Shown here piece after piece: positions 15,739 through 20,000 of a stretch of 20,000 nt of DNA (position 1 is the first letter of the stretch; each line of letters opens with the position of its first letter). A model generated the notes under the pieces. The model was given only the letters and a program-made list of their open reading frames with translations, made no database searches and was not told where the DNA came from. Position numbers and translations under genes: made by a program. Source of the DNA: an uncultured virus (IMG/VR IMGVR_UViG_2706794685_000007) (taxonomy: Duplodnaviria > Heunggongvirae > Uroviricota > Caudoviricetes); IMG/VR virus record IMGVR_UViG_2706794685_000007; one strand, 5' to 3'.

Positions 15739-17644
15739 AGCTGCGCCCCTCTTTAACTTCCAGCGTAATAGTTTCCCGGAACCATGACTTCATCTCTTTA
15801 TGGGAGATAATCAGCACAGTACCTCGCTCGCGAGCTTTGGACTCCAGAATACCCATGAGGCGTTCAAGACCGGCTGTATCGAGTGCATCGTCAATTTCGT
15901 CGCCGATAAACAAATCGATGTTTTTACTCGCCCGGTTACTAACCAGATCCTGCAATGCCAAAGAACACGCAATGCGAACCTTCCGCTTCTCACCACCAGA
16001 GAGGGTCTGGAACGACTTACTTGAACCTTTCTTCTGCACACTAATGTTGAATTTGTCGCGATACTCACCTTTTTTGGTGACATCCATCGTCGACCACTCA
16101 GCAGTAATATTCCCGTCAGACAACGTATTGAGATACTCGGCAGTGCGTGTATTCAGGAAAGGCGTAACAGACGTCAAAATATGAGAACGCACCCCGGCAG
16201 GAGAGTAGACCTGACGAGCTTTTTCCAATAGCAACGTTTGTTCCTGAATAGCCTTCAACTCATCTTTTAAGGACTTGAAGGTAGACTTACTGGATACCAG
16301 GTTATCTTCGTGTCTGGCGATAAGAGCAATAAACGGATTAATCTCTTTTGATATACGATCGACCTCAGTACGAGCACGAGTCACAAGAGACTCAATAGCA
16401 ACAATCTCCTTCTCACGATGACGCAAAGATGAGAGTTGTTTCGTAAGCTCTTCAATCCGGGCAATGATAGCCGTTACATCAGGTGTCGTTTTAACAAGGG
16501 CAGACTCAATGCTTAACGCTTTCTCAAGATTCGTTTTGTGTTTAGCCATTGCCTCTGCAAGTGTCTTCGCCTGACCAATTTCCTGACGTGCTTGTTCAAT
16601 GAAATTCTCCTTCACCGTTGATAGATCTTCTTCGCAGTAGGCTTTGCCACAAGTAGGGCATGGTGATCCCACTTTAGTACCAACCTCTTCTGCTTTGGTC
16701 TTAAAATTACGCGCGCGGTTCATTGCATCAGCCTGACTATTTTCTGTAGCTTTGATGCTTGCCCGAATATCAGTTATCGCACCACGAACTTTGAGCAACT
16801 TGGCGTCATGTTCTTCTTTTGAGGCTAACTTTTTGCGCTCACTTTCGATTGCCTTCTCGGTATCACGGATCTGTTCGGGAAGAGTGCGGATCTCAAGTTC
16901 AACTTCCGTTAACTCAACTTCGGCACTTGCCAGCCCAGCCAGGGCATCGTCATAACGTTTAGAACGCTCTTGTTCCCATGATTCAGAGGAGGCTTTCGCG
17001 GACTCAATTTCTGACTGTGTTGCCTCAATGGTCGAGATTGTCGACTCCAATTTGGTTTTAACCACATCCATACGTGCGGCAGCTGCATTAGCTCGCTCAC
17101 GAGCAATAGCGTAGGCGCGTGTCAGTCTGTCAACGCCAGCGGCTTCTTCTACGATGGTTTTGAGGTTTTTGTCGGACATTCCAGGTAAATCTGGCATAGC
17201 TTCTTGGCTCGCATAGATGGAAGCCATGAAAACCTCTTTAGATGCACCGATCAGACGCTCGACGAACTCTTGCGTCAGCGCATCTTTGCCTTTCGTCATA
17301 TCGCCGTCTTCACCACGAACGATAAGCCGATTTTTGAACTCTTTGTGTTTACGGTGACGAATGATCGCATATCTCTTGCCTTCATCCTCGATGGTTACTG
17401 CAACACGACAGTTCTTTTCATGGTCGGTAGACAACACATCGTCACCCTTCACACCATGAGCTGTTTCGCCATAAAGACACCACATCAGGCTATTCATTAG
17501 CGTTGACTTTCCAGAGCCATTACTTGATGCGGAACTATCATCACTATTAACACCCTGAATGAGCACTAAACCACGCTGATCTAACTCGACCTCCGCGCTA
17601 GCGATAGCCATAAAATTCTCAACCTGGAGCTTTAAAAACTTCAT
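15728..17644 (-). CDS. SbcC/Rad50/gp46-like SMC ATPase (recombination exonuclease subunit)
   Basis: Walker A NGSGKST, coiled coils, zinc-hook CPTC, signature LSGGEK, Walker B IGDE, H-switch IISH. Confidence 0.93.
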   Translation of the reverse strand: MKFLKLQVENFMAIASAEVELDQRGLVLIQGVNSDDSSASSNGSGKSTLMNSLMWCLYGETAHGVKGDDVLSTDHEKNCRVAVTIEDEGKRYAIIRHRKHKEFKNRLIVRGEDGDMTKGKDALTQEFVERLIGASKEVFMASIYASQEAMPDLPGMSDKNLKTIVEEAAGVDRLTRAYAIARERANAAAARMDVVKTKLESTISTIEATQSEIESAKASSESWEQERSKRYDDALAGLASAEVELTEVELEIRTLPEQIRDTEKAIESERKKLASKEEHDAKLLKVRGAITDIRASIKATENSQADAMNRARNFKTKAEEVGTKVGSPCPTCGKAYCEEDLSTVKENFIEQARQEIGQAKTLAEAMAKHKTNLEKALSIESALVKTTPDVTAIIARIEELTKQLSSLRHREKEIVAIESLVTRARTEVDRISKEINPFIALIARHEDNLVSSKSTFKSLKDELKAIQEQTLLLEKARQVYSPAGVRSHILTSVTPFLNTRTAEYLNTLSDGNITAEWSTMDVTKKGEYRDKFNISVQKKGSSKSFQTLSGGEKRKVRIACSLALQDLVSNRASKNIDLFIGDEIDDALDTAGLERLMGILESKARERGTVLIISHKEMKSWFRETITLEVKEGRSYVV

Positions 17645-17877
17645 ATAACACCTTTGATACCGTGTGTTAGCTTTTGACCTTCTTTCAATCTGAACTCCGT
17701 ATGCGCCGGGAAGGATCTGCGCCTCAATACGCCTTTTCTGGTTAACCTTCCAAGATAAAACGCTACGGGATTTCCTTGTGGCGGGTAGGGCTTGTGAAAC
17801 ATCACCGTCTGGCCTCGTTCAAGTCTTTTCATCGTGATGGCAAAGTCTCGAAAGCTCCCATAACGACTTTGTCTCAC
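17641..17877 (-). CDS. small basic hypothetical protein between the SbcD-like and SbcC-like genes
   Basis: Likely GTG start at 17877 overlapping the SbcD-like stop (GTGA) after GGAGG; its stop overlaps the SbcC-like ATG (ATGA). Confidence 0.65.
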   Translation of the reverse strand: MRQSRYGSFRDFAITMKRLERGQTVMFHKPYPPQGNPVAFYLGRLTRKGVLRRRSFPAHTEFRLKEGQKLTHGIKGVI

Positions 17878-18959
17878 ACAGCCTCCGAACTCTCCGCTTC
17901 GGTGAGGATTTCCTGACACAAAATATCCAACTTGCTCAGATCAAATCCGCCGTCAGTATCGTGGACAATCTTGCAATAAGCAGATACCGACTCTCCCAGG
18001 CTATCGATTTTGCTGGTTTCAGTTGTGCTGGCTGTCCCTTCCATCATTGATGACTTACGGATGAAGTTGCACACGACACCTTTTGCGCCCATTGTTTTGA
18101 GGATGTTCTGGTACTTAATGCCTTCTTCATCGTTCTCAATTACGGCGCGGAAACGCACGTAGTTGCCGCGAATTTGGTCATCAGCAACATCATCTTCCAG
18201 GTTAATGAATTTAGGCGCACTGGTTTCGTAGTGACTGAAACTGCCGTCCGGGTTTACGATCATGTAACCAGCCAGAGATCCAACATCTCCCCAATTTTGA
18301 TGGGTCAGTGCACCGACACTGATAACTCCAGGAATGACCTCTTTGTGGTTGTGGTAATGCCCACTAAGCACGAGACGAAAGCCGATATCCTTTAACTCCT
18401 GCGCATCGATACCGACGTCAGGCATTGTTGGAATGGCTTTGTTAATGGATGTATGGATAACAACGTCATGATTATCACCTTCTACGCTCTTACGTAATGC
18501 TTTCAGATCGCTGATAAGCTCCGCATGATTGTTACGCCAGCTAATCAGGTGGACAGTCACATCACCAATTTTTATTGAGTGTGGGCGTTTGCCACATACG
18601 ATTACCACGCCGATAGAACTCAGCGATGCTGCTGCGTTGGCGCTATATACTGAATCGTTGGTTTCAAGATCGTGATTACCGGCCAGCATTACTACTGTCA
18701 GATCAAGCTCGTTGATAATCCACTTGTACGTTTCAGTTACGTAATGCAAAACAGAAGGGGACACAGTTCCTCGGACGTGAAATGTATCACCGGCAACCAA
18801 CATGTACTTACAACCGGCCTTCTTCATGGCGATGGCTGCTTCTTTCGTTGCTTCCAACTGTATTTCAAGTCTGGAGTTAAGCCCCTCTGCGTTCGTCGTG
18901 GAGAACGCATCCCATTTGTGGTAGTGGCAGTCAGAAATGACGCCGTATGGCAAAGTCAT
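17874..18959 (-). CDS. SbcD/Mre11/gp47-like metallophosphoesterase nuclease
   Basis: SDCH, AGDTFH, AGNHD, H, SGHYH calcineurin-like motifs; upstream of the SbcC-like gene. Confidence 0.92.
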   Translation of the reverse strand: MTLPYGVISDCHYHKWDAFSTTNAEGLNSRLEIQLEATKEAAIAMKKAGCKYMLVAGDTFHVRGTVSPSVLHYVTETYKWIINELDLTVVMLAGNHDLETNDSVYSANAAASLSSIGVVIVCGKRPHSIKIGDVTVHLISWRNNHAELISDLKALRKSVEGDNHDVVIHTSINKAIPTMPDVGIDAQELKDIGFRLVLSGHYHNHKEVIPGVISVGALTHQNWGDVGSLAGYMIVNPDGSFSHYETSAPKFINLEDDVADDQIRGNYVRFRAVIENDEEGIKYQNILKTMGAKGVVCNFIRKSSMMEGTASTTETSKIDSLGESVSAYCKIVHDTDGGFDLSKLDILCQEILTEAESSEAV

Positions 18960-19072
18960 GTGTTTTTCCTTTGTGGTTATTTTGATACAAATTTTAAGAG
19001 CAATGAGAAGGTAAACAACTATGCATAACGGTATGTTAGGAATGAAACGAGCGTCTTAATATACAAAATTTA

Positions 19073-19090
19073 TAAGTAAGTATATACCTA
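19073..19090. promoter_or_regulatory. operator-like motif A, copy 5
   Basis: TAAGTA agtata TACCTA upstream of the SbcD-like operon. Confidence 0.65.
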
Positions 19091-19213
19091 TTTATTGTGG
19101 CGCAACTTTGCTTGTCTGTATGACTAAAAATAAGACAGGATCACTGTAGAACGCTATGAGAGCTATTTTGAGGAGGCGTAGATTCTATCTACGCCAATAT
19201 ACGATCTGGAGGG

Positions 19214-19858
19214 TTACAGCGCGTCAGTGGGCTTTTTACGCGCTGCGTTTATGCTTATGACGCCAGCTTTTGGACGTGGGTCAACAAGGTTAAGCTCTTC
19301 TTCGCTGTGGTATTCGAGGTCGAACTCACGTTTTACATGTCTGATGTAGATTGCGGTGAGCAGGCTATCTTTGGTCAGAAAGTGTCCGTAGGATTTGCGG
19401 ATCACTTCTTCTACCTTCTCGATTTTCTCACCACCCATACAGAGATGATTAAACCGGCTGTGTTTCCGCAACATTTCGTCTACTGGGCCTGAGTAAACCT
19501 TGTCTACTTTCCCAAAACGGATGATTTTTCCTGTGTCTGCGGATACGAGGCAAATCAGCTTGTCTGGTGATAAACGATCTCGCCACGTCACACCTGAACG
19601 GAGTGTGTTGAAGTAGGGGGCATCCAATCCGATGATCGGTTTACGAAATGCGAGTAATGGAACGTACCTGATGCAACTGTTTAAATGAAAATTCACACCA
19701 GCCTTATCAAGTTTAATTCTGGTTTCGTAGATCGGGCACTTCGCCGCTATACCGCAGATGTCACAAAGCAACTTCTGCTTATTCAGGTTGGAATTTGATT
19801 CGATAGTGTAGGAGCCGTCTTCAAGACGACGAACCCAGCGCGTGCGTTTTAGATCCAT
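19214..19858 (-). CDS. hypothetical protein with Cys cluster (possible Zn-binding and nucleic-acid-binding domain)
   Basis: 214 aa, CDIC...KC...C near the N-terminus, then NTLRSG..W; basic. Confidence 0.75.
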   Translation of the reverse strand: MDLKRTRWVRRLEDGSYTIESNSNLNKQKLLCDICGIAAKCPIYETRIKLDKAGVNFHLNSCIRYVPLLAFRKPIIGLDAPYFNTLRSGVTWRDRLSPDKLICLVSADTGKIIRFGKVDKVYSGPVDEMLRKHSRFNHLCMGGEKIEKVEEVIRKSYGHFLTKDSLLTAIYIRHVKREFDLEYHSEEELNLVDPRPKAGVISINAARKKPTDAL

Positions 19859-19936
19859 ATGTCATTTTTCTGTGATTGTTAGCCGAGGCAACGATAACCC
19901 ACCAGGTGCGCCGAAGGTAGTAAATGCCTGTTTTAA

Positions 19937-20000
19937 TTATTCACATATCCACAGGATAGATCCTAATAAAGAGATCCATAGATAGATCCTTATATAGATC
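19937..20000 (+). other. left end of a P1 oriR / IncFIB-type plasmid replication origin
   Basis: DnaA box TTATTCACA (19937-19945) and near-box ATATCCACA (19945-19953), followed by AGATCC repeats at 19958, 19972, 19984 and AGATC at 19996. Confidence 0.75.

Noticed and set aside
15728..18959. SMC ATPase plus nuclease as a Wadjet/Lamassu-type defence system
   Set aside because: The zinc hook and the Mre11-type phosphoesterase partner next to a resolvase fit phage gp46/gp47-like recombination genes.
1178..19492. Plus-strand and nested ORFs in the ORF track (e.g. 6677..7315, 15431..15787, 1988..2239)
   Set aside because: They are antisense or out-of-frame shadows of well-supported minus-strand genes and carry no recognisable motifs.

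Overview
A 20 kb segment with essentially all genes on the minus strand. Gene content and order resemble the SSU5/pHCM2-type enterobacterial phage-plasmids; this is recognised from memory, not from a database search. From right to left it holds: the start of a P1/IncFIB-style plasmid origin (DnaA boxes plus AGATCC repeats), an SbcD/SbcC (gp47/gp46-like) pair, a RuvC-like resolvase, a dNTP-supply block (nrdA, nrdB, MazG-like NTP pyrophosphohydrolase, thyA, degenerate HAD protein, DHFR, P-loop kinase), a DEDDh exonuclease, a phage Dam-type methyltransferase, RNase HI, a TerB-like plus small membrane protein pair, and tail-accessory-like genes. The most unusual feature is a ~530 nt non-coding, densely base-paired element (about 3240-3800) directly upstream of RNase HI. 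It has a predicted promoter, a G-rich pseudoknotted 5' domain that folds best as minus-strand RNA, and a multibranch 3' domain whose sheared-GA/GAA-triloop hairpins are a single-stranded DNA signature on the opposite strand. Two distinct palindromic operator-like motifs recur in intergenic regions.
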